Below are positions 13,452 to 26,118 of a stretch of 64,000 nucleotides of DNA, in pieces (the first letter of the stretch is position 1; each line of letters starts with the position of its first letter). The notes under the pieces are model-generated. The model saw only the letters and a program-made list of their open reading frames with translations, did not search any database and had not been told where the DNA came from. The translations under genes were made by a program, and so were the position numbers. This DNA is from Anaeramoeba ignava BMAN (lineage: Eukaryota > Protista > Anaeramoebae), in contig JAPDFW010000087.1 in assembly GCA_028826165.1 (NCBI GenBank), positions 186,001-250,000 of the forward strand, given 5' to 3'.

Positions 13452-16400
13452 ATGCAACAACAAAACACAAATCAAAGCACACAAAACACACAAAATAACA
13501 CAAATTCAAATGAAAATCAAAACACAAATCAATTAAAACAAGTTTATGAAGCAATAAGAACAAATAATATTCAATTTTTTAATTCAATTCCAACTTTGAA
13601 AACAACAGAACAATTTGAAAAAGAAAATGAACCTTTTTTAAATTATGCTTTTGAACAAAAAATAAAAAATGAAATTATTCAAAAACTTATTGAAAAAGAA
13701 ACTAATTTAAATTGGTTTGATAAATACAGAAATAATCCTTTACATATTGCTTTGAAAAACCAATATTCAAATGAAATTATTGAATTATTAATTTCCAAAG
13801 AATCTGATATTAATTCAAAAAATAATGAAAATGAAATACCTTTACATATTGCTTTGAAAAATAAATATCCAAAAGAAATTATTGAATTATTGAATTATTA
13901 ATTTCTAAAGGATCTGATATTAATTCAAAAAATAATGAAAATGAAATACCTTTACATATTGCTTTGAAAAATAAATATTCAAATGAAATTATTAAATTAT
14001 TAATTTCCAAAGGATCTGATATTAATTCAAAAAATAATCTAAATGAAATACCTTTACATATTGAAATTTGAAAATAAATATAATTCAAAAGAAATGAAAT
14101 TTTTAATTTATTAAAAATTCAAAAGAAATATTGAATTATTAATTCAAAAAATGATGGAAAAGAAATACCTTTACATATTGCTTTGAAAAATAAATATCCA
14201 AATGAAATTATTGAATTATTAATTTCCAAAGGATCTGATATTAATTCAAAAAATAATCAAAATAAAATACCTTTACATATTGCTTTGAAAAATAAATATC
14301 CAAAAGAAATTATTGAATTATTAATTTCCAAAGGATCTGATATCAATTCAAAAAATAATCAGAATGAAATACCTTTACATATTGCTTTGAAAAATAAATA
14401 TTCAAAAGAAATTATTGAATTATTAATTTCCAAAGGATCTGATATTAATTCAAAAAATAATGAAAATGAAATACCTTTACATATTGCTTTGAAAAATAAA
14501 TATCCAAAAGAAATTATTGAATTATTAATTTCCAAAGGATCTGATATTAATTCAAAAAATAATCAAAATGAAATACCTTTACATATTGCTTTGAAAAATA
14601 AATATCCAAAAGAAATTATTGAATTATTAATTTCCAAAGGATCTGATATTAATTCAAAAAATAATCAAAATGAAATACCTTTACATATTGCTTTGAAAAA
14701 TAAATATCCAAAAGAAATTATTGAATTATTAATTTCCAAAGGATCTGATATTAATTCAAAAAATAATCAAAATGAAATACCTTTACATATTGCTTTGAAA
14801 AATAAATATCCAAAAGAAATTATTGAATTAATTCCAAAGGATTATATTTTCAAAAAGGATCAAATGATATTAATTCAAAAATAATCAAAATGAAATACCT
14901 TTACATATTGCTTTGAAAAATCAAAATATTCAAAATGAAATTATTGAATTATTAATTTCCAAAGGATCTGATATTAATTCAAAAAATAATCAAAATGAAA
15001 TACCTTTACATATTGCTTTGAAAAATAAATATTCAAATGAAATTATTGAATTATTAATTTCTAAAGGATCTGATATTAATTCAAAAAATAATCAAAATGA
15101 AATACCTTTACATATTGCTTTGAAAAATCAAAATTCAAAAGAAATTATTGAATTATTAATTTCCAAAGGATCTGATATTAATTCAAAAAATAATCAAAAT
15201 GAAATACCTTTACATATTGCTTTGAAAAATAAATATCTAAATGAAATTATTGAATTATTAATTTCCAAAGGATCTGATATTAATTCAAAAAATAATCAAA
15301 ATGAAATACCTTTACATATTGCTTTGAAAATATTCAAAAAGAAATTATTGAATTATTAATTTCCAAAGGATCTGATATTAATTCAAAAAATGATCAAAAT
15401 GAAATACCTTTAAAAATTGCTTTTGAAAAATAAAAATCAAAGAAATTATTTTTATTAATTTATTGCTTTAAAAATAAAAAAATGAAATTAAATTTTTTTA
15501 TTTATTTTTTGAAAAAAAAATATCCAAAAGAAATTATTGAATTATTAATTTCAAAAATAATCAAATGAAATAAATACCTTTACATATTGCTTTGAAAATA
15601 AATATTCAAAAAGAAATTATTGAATTATTAATTTTCAAAAAGGATCTGATATTAATTCAAAAATAATCAAAATGAAATAATTTTACATATTGCTTTGAAA
15701 AATAAAAATTCAAAAAGAAATTATTGAATTATTAATTTCCAAAGGATCTGATATTAATTCAAAAATAATCAAAATCAAATACCTTTACATATTGCTTTGA
15801 AAACCAAAATTCAAAAGAAAATTGAATCCAAATGGAATTATAATTCAAAAATAATGGAAGTGAAATATTGAGAGATTGCTTTAAAAATAAATATTTTTGA
15901 AATTAAGAAATTTCAAAAAATGACAAAATTTAATTTTGAAATAATTGAAAATTTATTTCCAAAAATTTATTCATTTAATGAAGATTTAAACAATTTTTGA
16001 AATCAAATGAATTTAAAGATATTGAAATTTAAAAGTAGTGATAATCAAAAATATTCAAAAAAGCTCATAAACAATTTTATAAATTAATTTATCAAACAAA
16101 TTTTCAAAAATACAAAATGAAATTATTAATATTTAAAAAGAAAACAAAAAAAAGAAATTATTCAATTCAAATTAAATTTCATTTTATACAAAATTTATTG
16201 ATTTTGATAAATTTATTGAAAAATTCAAAAATCAATTTATTCAAAATTAAACAAAAAAAAAAATCAAAATTTTCAATTTTATTTTCAAATGAAATTGAAT
16301 TTGAAAAACAAAAAAATTTAATTCAAAAAATTAATTTTAAATGAAATTGAAAAAAATCAAATGAAAGAATTTAAAAAAAGGATTAATTTAATATTTATTT

Positions 16401-16830
16401 GAATAAACAAAATTTGATTTAAAATGGATTAAAGAAAAAGAAGGAATAAAAGGAATATTAAAAGATTTTGAAGAATTTTATCAACAAAAATGAAATTTAA
16501 AGATTTAAATATAATAATTCAATATGAAAAAAAAGAAATTAAAGTTCATAAATTAATATTACAAATAAGAAGTGAATTATTTAAAGGAATGTTTTTAAGT
16601 GTTAATGATTTATCAAATCAAGTTCATGAATATTTAGGAAAATCAATAAATCAAACAATTCAACAATTAATTTATTTTTAAATCAAATGATAAAATTGAT
16701 GAAACAAAAATAACAAAAGAAAAATATTTTAAAGAATTTTACACAATTTAAAAGATTATTATCAATTAAATCAAAAATCAATTTTCAAATCTTATTTACT
16801 TGATTTTTATTCCAAATCAATTTATTTGAA
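13452..16830 (+). pseudogene. Second, frameshift-riddled copy of the ankyrin-BTB gene (pseudogene or poorly polished assembly)
   Basis: N-terminus nearly identical to the 4501 copy. It has the same ankyrin units and the BTB remnant VHKLILQIRSELFKGMFLSVND at about 16540-16610. Indels accumulate toward the 3' end. Confidence 0.7.
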
Positions 16831-17740
16831 AATCAAAAATCAAAATCAAAATATTTGAAAATCAAAAATCAAAATCAAAAATCAAAATCAAAAACAAAAA
16901 AAACAAAAAATTAAATCATTTATTTCCAAATCAAAATTTATATTCAAAATTTAAAATTTTAAAATCAAATATTTAAATCAAATATTTTAAATCAAATATT
17001 AAAAATCAATATTCAATTAATATTTCAAATCAATATTTAAATCAATATTTAAATCAAATATTCAAATCAAATATTTAAATCAAATATTTAAATCAAATAA
17101 AATATTTGAAATCAAATATTTAAATCAAATATTTAAATCGTGGTTAATATTTTTCAAAAATCAAATATTTAAATCAAATATTTAAATCAAATATTTAAAA
17201 ATATTTAAATCATAAATATTTAAATCAAATATTTAAATCAAATATTTAAATCAATATTTAAAATCAAATATTTAAATCAAATATTTAAATCCAAATATTT
17301 AAATCAAATATTTTAAATCAATATTTAAATCAAATATTTAAATCAATATTTAAATCAATATTTAAATCAATATTTAAATCAAATATTTAAATCAAATATT
17401 TAAATCAAATATTTAAATCAAATATTTAAATCAAAAATATTTAAAATCAATATTTAAATCAAAATATTTAAATCAAATATTTAAATCAAATATTTAAATC
17501 AAAATATTTAAATCAAATATTTAAATCAAAATATTTAAATCAAATATTTAAATCAAATATTTAAATCAATATTTAAATCAAATATTTAAATCAAATATTT
17601 AAATCAAATATTAAAATCAAATATTTAAATCAAAAAATTAAATCAATTTCAAAATCAAAAAAATTTCCAAAATCAAATCAAAAATCAATATTTAAATCAA
17701 AAATCCAAATCAAATTTTAAATCAAAATTTAAATCAAATA
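16830..17740. repeat. 12/13-bp array (AAATCAAATATTT)n, degraded counterpart of the 9900-12425 array
   Basis: Visible repeat at the equivalent position downstream of the second copy. Confidence 0.8.
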
Positions 17741-17879
17741 AAAAATTTAAAAATAAAAATTTTTAAATAAAAATAAATAATAAAAAATTAGATCAAAAAA
17801 CAAAAAATAAAAAATAAAAATAAATAGCAAAACATTTCATTTTTCAATTTTTGAAACCCTTTTTATTAAAAAAACAAAA

Positions 17880-20800
17880 ATGGTGAAAAAACAATTTATT
17901 TATTTCACTTTAATTCTCTTTTTTCAAATTATCTTTTTAAATTTTAGTAAAAAAAAAAAACAAAATTAAAAAAAAATTTTTTTTGTTGTGGTTATTTGTT
18001 TAAATTAATTTTAAACTGTTCTAATTTTAGAAATTAATTGCAATCTACCGTTTCCAGAAAATTGTACATTTGATGATCCGAACACTTATTATCTTGAAGC
18101 AGGAAAGGAATATAATTTTTCATGTATTCTTGAACAAGGAACAGATGTAAAACAAAACAAAACAAAACAAAAACATTTTTTTTGATATGTTAAAATAAAT
18201 TTTAATAGATAACTATTTTATGTAAAGATTATCTTAACGAAACAACATTATTTTATGTTGATATTATGGTAAATAAATTAAATAAAAAAAAAAGCAAATT
18301 TATGAATTGTTTTTTTTTTGGAATTAAATAGACTGAAGCTGGAAAAAACATTTTTTTTGATATGCAAAATTGTGGACCTAATTTGACTTTTGGACTTAAT
18401 ATTTCTGTTGATAATTTCACTAATCTCAATTTCAGTAATGTGTATTTTAATTCATCAGCTCGTATTAGTGCAAACTCTTCAAGTCTTAATCTGAATAATT
18501 GTAGTATAAATGGAACGAATGAGTTTAATGAAGATGAATATTTTATTGAGACACTTGATTCTACTGTTGTGATTGAAATGTTGAACAATCCAAATCCATC
18601 CTCTTTCCCAAATCTTTTATTTAAGCAAGAGTTTAATATAACTTCAGAAGTAACAGTAACTTATTGTGATGAAAATTTTAATTTCACACTGGATGGCATT
18701 CAAACAATTTTAACTAATTGTACTCCTTTAGAACTCACAATAAACAACACTCATCTAACACTTGCGGATAATTATTCAGAAATCAACAATTTAATTATTG
18801 ATAATTCAGATTTTACAATTTCCGATTTGGTGGTTCGAAAATTATCTCTTTATGGAAATTCTTCAATTTCTGCTCCTTTTGTAAATGTGAATGAATCACT
18901 TTTTATTTATGGAAGTTCTTCTGATTCAAAAGGAATTAGTACTTATCTTTATTTTAATGGAACAGTATTTGCAAGCGAAGAAACTGAAATTGAAATTAAA
19001 AACCGTCTTACAATTTCATCTTCAGCTTGTAATTATGAAACAACCAATCTAACTTTTTTGGTTAACAATGGAGTTTTGGAAATCAATAACCCTATTACAA
19101 TTAAAGAGATTGAATTTAATGGATTAAGCTCATTAAATGGAACAGGAAGTCTGCAAATTTTAGATTTCATACATTTTACTGAAACAGGAGATAAGATAAT
19201 TTCAGCTTCTTTGAAAATCTTAAATTTAAGCAATTCTGAAACTTCCATTCCATTTGATGGTTTCGTTCTGTTATACTCTGATTTTTTTATCAATACTTCT
19301 CTGGATTCAGTTATGCTTCCTAGCCTAAAATTGGTGGGTCCTGAAACAAATTTGAAGTTATATTCTGAGGTTAGCAATACCAATTACACAGTTCCATTTC
19401 TGAGAATTGATGGAGGAAGCATTACTGGGAATGAGACCAATTTTTTATTGGTTGAAGATAAAACAAACTTCTACAATTACTCAGTAATTAATTACATTCA
19501 GATTGATTCAAATGAAACATCATTGTTCGGAATTGGATCAATTAATTTTCAAAATTCTGCTCGTTTGTATACATCCATCGCAAATTCTGAATCAGGTTCT
19601 AATTTTAATCTTTTTGGATCAGGATTTTTCACTACAGAATTATTGAATGTTGAAGGCAATTTGAGTTTTGATGGGATATTGAACCCAAAAAACATTGAGA
19701 TTAAAGAAAATGCAATTTTGGAAGGTATTATTGAAGAATATTACTTTTCGAGTGTAAATGTTACATTGAATGGATCTTTTATAATTAAGTATTCGTCGCT
19801 TGATAATGTTTTTGATAGTTTTATTTGTTATTCACAAAATTCATTTCCATTGACTCTTATCAATTCAGATATGCACTTTGGCGAAAATCAATTTGCTCTT
19901 CCTCCATTAAAAATGACAAACTCAATCATATCTAATTTCAGTTCCATTTTGCAAGGTCTTTTCCTTGAAGGATCCAATTCTTTTATTGATTCTAGCATAA
20001 CATTTGAAAATGGATTAATTCAATCCAAAGAATATGCATATTCATTTCTTGATCTTAATTCAACAACTCTTAATTTCGATGATTATTCAGGATTAAATTT
20101 AAGCTCAAGTTCTTCTCTTAGAATTTTTTCTTCAGATTATACAACACTTAATTTATTTTATGATGGAGTAACCAATTCAACTTTTTCAGTTTCAAACGAT
20201 TCTTCACTTAAATTAGAGAATATTCGTTTGGAAGTTAATGGGGATTCAGTCCTTGATCTGAATGGTACCATTTTAGTCAATGGATCTTATTTAAGAATTT
20301 ATAATTTTAATTATAAATGGATTGGAAATCTTGAAATTATTAATTCAAGTTCAGAAGTTTATTTGGAAAGTAGTTTAAAAATGAAAAATCTCAGTTTTTC
20401 GCAAGGTAAATTGACTTTCGATCATATACATGCAAGTGATTATAATTCATCTTTAATTTTTGGTGATGGAAAGAGTGAAGATGCGATTGTTAATGAAAAC
20501 AAAGCTACTCAAGCAACAATTTACTCATTAGGATACATTGAAATCAATAATAATACTGTTTTCAATAAGATTGGATTTGATATTCAAAATGGTTCTTTGG
20601 TAATCAATGGAGCTAATTTAACTGATCCATCCTATCAATCAAACATCACAAATCAAGGAGAAATCAAAATAAATCCCAACATCGCTCATGAGCTCAATGA
20701 AAAACAAGACGGAGGCTATTTAGATGAGGAATCAAGTGATTTTTATATTGATTTTTCTGTTCAAAATCAAGGAGGAATTATTAGATGCTATCAAAATGTG

Positions 20801-23800
20801 AGATTTATCCGAATGCTTACTTCCTCAGGAATTATTGAAACATCAAATAATTTGACTTTTGAAAATGGATTAGATTTATGGGGTACAGGAAAAATTCAAG
20901 GATTATGGGGTGAAAAACCAAATATTTTTATTAATGAAAGTTTGTATATGCATGAATCTTCCCAAATTGAATTTTTCAATATCTATATCGACAAATCATT
21001 TAGTGTTTCTGGTTCTACAAATAAGAGCATTATAGATTCAAATTTAACAGCAAAATCTTTTTATTGTGATTTCGGAGCTCAATTTCATTTGAATGGATCC
21101 ATTGCCACAATTCAAGAAGATTATTTTTTTAATTATGAATGTTTTCTCACATCAAGTACTTACAGTTATTCATCAGAATTTTACAATTATGGAAATTTTT
21201 TTGTAGAAAATTTAATCAGCATCTCGTTTGATGTTGATTTTTTTAGCTATGGAAATATTTCTGCGGATTCTTCTGGTATTTTGTTCAAGAAATTAAAAAG
21301 TTATGGAGATTTTCAATTAAATAATTCAAATTTAACTCTTTTGGAGGATTCCTTCTTGGATAACAGAGATATAGATAATCACCCTGGAGTAACCCATCTA
21401 ACTCAATCAATTATTGAGATGAGGAATGGAAAAAATATGACATTTTTGGGGTTTTTTATAATTGAGGATGGTCTTTCAGTTTTAGGAAATTTTCAGATGA
21501 ATGAATCCTCAAATGTGACCTTAAAATTGAAAAATTATGATTCCTATTTATTAATTAATGAACCAAGTTCAATAGACTGGGAAATATCACTTAATTTACT
21601 TTCAGAATCAGAAGGAGGTGTAAGAAATGAACCATATAGCGTGATTAAGTTCAATGGTTCATCTAACTTTTCTCAAGATCAACTTAAAACATTTGATGAA
21701 CAATACATTGAATTTTCAGAATATGGAGATTATCTAATCGCAAAAGTAAAAGGATGTCGAAAAGGGCAATTCAGTCAAAGTTTTGATCAAAAATGTTTTC
21801 CCTGTGATAATGGAACATATAATAATCAATACGGAGCATTTTCTTGTAATCTTTGTCCAATAGGATATTTTTCAAAGGATAAAGGACAGGAAGAATGTCA
21901 GCCTTGTGATCCAGGTAGTTATCAACAAGAACGAGGAAAAATGGAATGTTCTTTATGCTCACAAGGAACATTTTCATCACAAAATGGTTCATATTACTGC
22001 AAAGAATGTCCACCAGGCCAATACAATACCATAAACGGATCTTCAAGCTGTGAAATTTGTGGGATCGGGAACTTCAGTGATAATCCAACAAGATGTGAAT
22101 TTTGTCCAAAAGGAACATTCAATCCTCAAGAAGGATCTTTTCTTTGCTATCCTTGTTTTATGGGAACATACAATGATCTATTAGGCCAAAGATTTTGCGC
22201 TTCGTGTGGAAGAGATAGTTATCAAGATGAGATGGGAAAAGAAACATGCAAAGGATGTCCAGCAAATTCTGAAACAAATGTTTATGGAGCATCAGATATT
22301 AATGATTGTCTTTGTTCATTAGGATTTTATGGAATTGCGAGTGAAGCATGTAAAACTTGCCCTACTGGAAGTGTGTGTAATGATGTTGGGATTATTGTTC
22401 CTTCTGCAGAAGAAGGATATTGGCATTCGAGTTCTGATCCAGAAACATTTCTTGAGTGCTCAGTGAAAGAAGCATGCCCAGGAGGAGGAAGTAATAATTG
22501 CAACAAAGAACTTGGATACAGCGGCAATTTATGCTCTGTATGTTTGAAGGGATTCTACAAATTTGGCGAGCAATGCATGAAATGTCCTAATAATCAGAAA
22601 AATCGATTGATTATTGTTGGATTTTTCATTGTTTTTCTTTGTTTGTTTCTTTTCATTATTGCAAGGAAAATTAGGAATTATTTTGCTTCTTTTAGTATTA
22701 TGTTCTCTTTTCTTCAAGTTCTTGCTGTCATTTCTGGACTTAAATTGAATTGGCCTGATTCTATTGAATCAACATGGAGATCCATTTCAATATTCAATTT
22801 CAATATTGATTATCTTGCTGTTGAATGCAGTTTGTCGTTGACTTACACCCAGAAATGGATACTCTGTATGGTTTTCCCTTTCATTCTTCTTATTGTGTTG
22901 TTGCTTGTTTATTTTTTTGTTTTTCTTCATTCCAAAATCATTGAAAAATGCGGAGCAGGATTTATGAGAAAATTCCCAAGATTTTGTTCAAAGCCAAGCA
23001 GAAAAACAACAAACAAATATCTGTTTATTTTCTCGTGGTTAAGGTTCAAGATTAGTCAATTATTCACACATGGATTTGGCAAAGAACAGAGGAAATCCCT
23101 TTACAATAACTTGATAAACTCATACTCAACAATTCTGTCATTTATTTACCTTTTTCTTTCTTACAAAACCCTTCAAATATTCGACTGCAAAAAGCAATCA
23201 GAAGGAACATATACGTTCGGAGGAGATCCATCACTTTTCTGTTATGAACAATGGTGGAAAGATATATTTCCATGGGCAATTGCTTGTATTGTTCTTTATG
23301 TTTTTGGAATTCCTTTTGTGCTCACAACTTTCTTTTTTGTCTCATCCAAAAAACTTGATGAACAAACTTTTGATTTGAGATTTGGATTATTATGTGCGAG
23401 ATACACAAAAACTTGGTTTTTCTGGGAAATATTTGTTATGATTCGCAAGCTATTTTTGACTATTGCCCAAATATTTCTTTCGTTTGATTCAATTATTCAA
23501 TCAGTTGTTTGTGTTATTGTTCTTCTGTTCGCACTTGTTCTGCAAATACATGCAAAACCTTTCATTTCAGATCGGCACAATACACTTGAATTTGTTTTGA
23601 TTTGCTTTTCGGAAATTATCCTTTTTTCAGGAATGATTTTTGTTTCAAATGATTTGGAGCAATCAAGTGCAAGAGGCATTTTAGCCACAATTATAGTTGT
23701 TATCATTTGGATCTCATTTTCAACTCTTATAATCATGATTCTATTTGAGATTAGACACAGATTAAGAGTGCATAAAGGAAAGGATGTTGATGAAATTAAA

Positions 23801-24235
23801 GAATCAATCAATATTGCAAGTGGACAAACTATTCTCAAATTTTTAGCTTCAAATCCTTCCTTTTTTTTGGTTTGGGATTGGATTCTTGAAAGTTCAGATC
23901 ATAAAAACAAATTGCAAAGAGAATTTTTTCATCAAATCAAGGAATACTATGATTCAAAAGAAACTGAAAAACAGAAATTGAAAACGGAACAATTTTGGCA
24001 AAAAACTCTAACAAAATGGAGAGATTCTTTTTATGTTATTCTTGAATCTTGGTTCATTCAAGCCTCTTTACAAGAAAAAATTCAATTTATTAATATTTTA
24101 ACAAAAATTCGTTTTGAAGGACTTTTATATGGCAATTCAAATTTCACTCAAAAAGAAAGAAGAAGAACAAGAAGGCTTTCAGTTAAATATTTTAAAAAAA
24201 ATCTTGTTTCAAATCCTTCAAAAAATCAAAATTGA
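17880..24235 (+). CDS. Giant secreted/cell-surface protein: signal peptide, long N/S/G-rich beta-rich ectodomain, Cys-rich GCC2/GCC3 (ephrin-receptor-like) repeats, C-terminal multi-TM domain; exons 17880-17946, 18031-18146, 18209-18268, 18332-24235
   Basis: Three short GT-AG introns join a hydrophobic leader (MVKKQFIYFTLILFFQIIFL) in frame to the 1957-aa ORF. It has repeated CxxCxxGxY units and a TM region with FGLLCARY...WEIFVMIRK and KPF motifs. Confidence 0.85.
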
Positions 24236-24286
24236 AAAAACAAAAAAAGTGGAATAAAATTTATTCAAAAAAAAAAAGAATTTTTT

Positions 24287-26033
24287 TTATTTATTTTTTT
24301 TTTCAAAATAAACAACAAGTTTTTCAATTTTCAACCTTTCATTTTGAATAAATGATTGAAAAAATTCCTTTTGATTTTGATTTTCAGGTAATTTATATGA
24401 ATCACCAATATTATAATGAACAAATTTCAGATCACAATCAACAAAAGTATCCCAAGCTTCACCAAAAATAGGACCGAAATTAGAATGATAAAAAATTGCA
24501 TTGTGTTTTCGATCTGGTTTTATGGGGTATTTTTCTTGTTCGTTAATGTTATATCTCAGAAATCCAATTTGGGCTTGTGAGTCTTTAATTGGAATAAAAT
24601 CTTCACTTAATCTGGAAGTGTTTTGTGGATCCCATTGTGGATTGTTTGAAAATTGAGGAGATTTCCATCCGACAGAAGTATAGCCTGCAAAAATCAAAGA
24701 ATCTGATTCAATCAAAACGAGGGTTGGACCTTTTCCATCACAAAAATGATGGAATTCTCTTGCTGTCAATAAAGTTGAATTTTTAACGGAAAAACCAAGT
24801 GACATTTTTTGGATGATTTCCTCGCCAATCCATTTGCTCAGTGTGTGTTTGTGTGTATTGAAGATTTCTTCAGTGTTTGAGCTGAGATTCTTTTGTAATG
24901 AGATTTCATAGTTTAAATATGGGGAATCTGGGAAATTTTTCAACGGAAAGGGGGAGGAATAATCAAAATGGAAACGAGGAGGTTTAAACCAATAAACTTC
25001 AGAATACTTCTTGGCGAATTGGTTATTTAAACTGAATTCACCGTCTTCCTTACTCTCCAAAAAATCGAGGATATCACTAATTTCCTCATCGTATAAGACA
25101 TTAAACGCTCTGCATTTTGAAATTTCCTGAAAACTCATATCTCCGAAACGGATGAATTTTATCAAGTTGAGTCGAAGATTTTGCACAGCATCTTCAGGTA
25201 GAATGATTTGGTGATGCTTTGGGAATTCATCCTTGTTGTAGTAATGTTGAAATCCATAGTTACAAACAGCAATAAAAAGATCAAATTCACTTGATATATT
25301 AAGAGTGTCTCGAACAAGAATCTCTTGAAATACATCATCCTCAATATAAAGATAGTCATTTTGCTCGAGAATTTTATTGATATCATCATCAATAATATCC
25401 AAAAGCGCCTCTCTCATGACTAAATCATTTTTAAATTTGGAAATCATTAAAAGTGCTTTTGATCTGATTTGATTTGACTTCTTATTTTTTTCTTCTTGAG
25501 ATTTATCCAATTTTCCTTCATTGTTGGCCATTAAATCCCACTTCAAAATTGAAACAAACCATTTTTGAATAGCTTTTACACCCCAATCTTGAGCTAGTTT
25601 ATAAATTTTATATTTTTTGATTTTTTGTAATTGAGGATTTGATTGTATAATTTGACTCATATTGATTCCAGTATGAAGATACGAAATCATAGCGCTAGTA
25701 ATTAAACTGTTATAATTGATTGAAATTTGATTATTTTGTGTTTGTGTTTGTGTAGTTTTTTGATTTGATATCATTTCATAAAGTTTAGGTGCTCGAAATT
25801 GGATTAAATCAATATATGAATAAAAAAATTTTTTGTCTTTACTTTCTATTATTAAATCTTGATTTTTTTCTGGAATTGTTATTGAATATTGTAGTTCTTC
25901 TAAAAGATCTGGTTGTCTTGAAAATTTTCTTCTAAATTTTTTTTTCCGATTTTTTTAAAAACATAAAATTAAAACAAATTTTTAAAAACTAAATTTAAAT
26001 TTTATTAATAAATAATCAATCAAACCTTTGCAT
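24287..26033 (-). CDS. BTB/BACK-TLDc domain protein; 8-nt first coding exon (ATGCAAAG, 26033-26026), then a long second exon from about 25931
   Basis: BACK-like SEFDLFIAV...IRFGDMS and TLDc FHHFCDGKGPTLVLI...FAGYTSVGW...GPIFG. The frame stays open upstream of 25774 to an AG acceptor that joins MQR in phase 2. Confidence 0.8.
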
Positions 26034-26118
26034 AAGAAAAAAATGAAAAAAAAAAAATAAAAATAATTTATTTTTTTTTTAACGAATTTTTAATTTTCAT
26101 TTTTTTCAAAAATTATAA

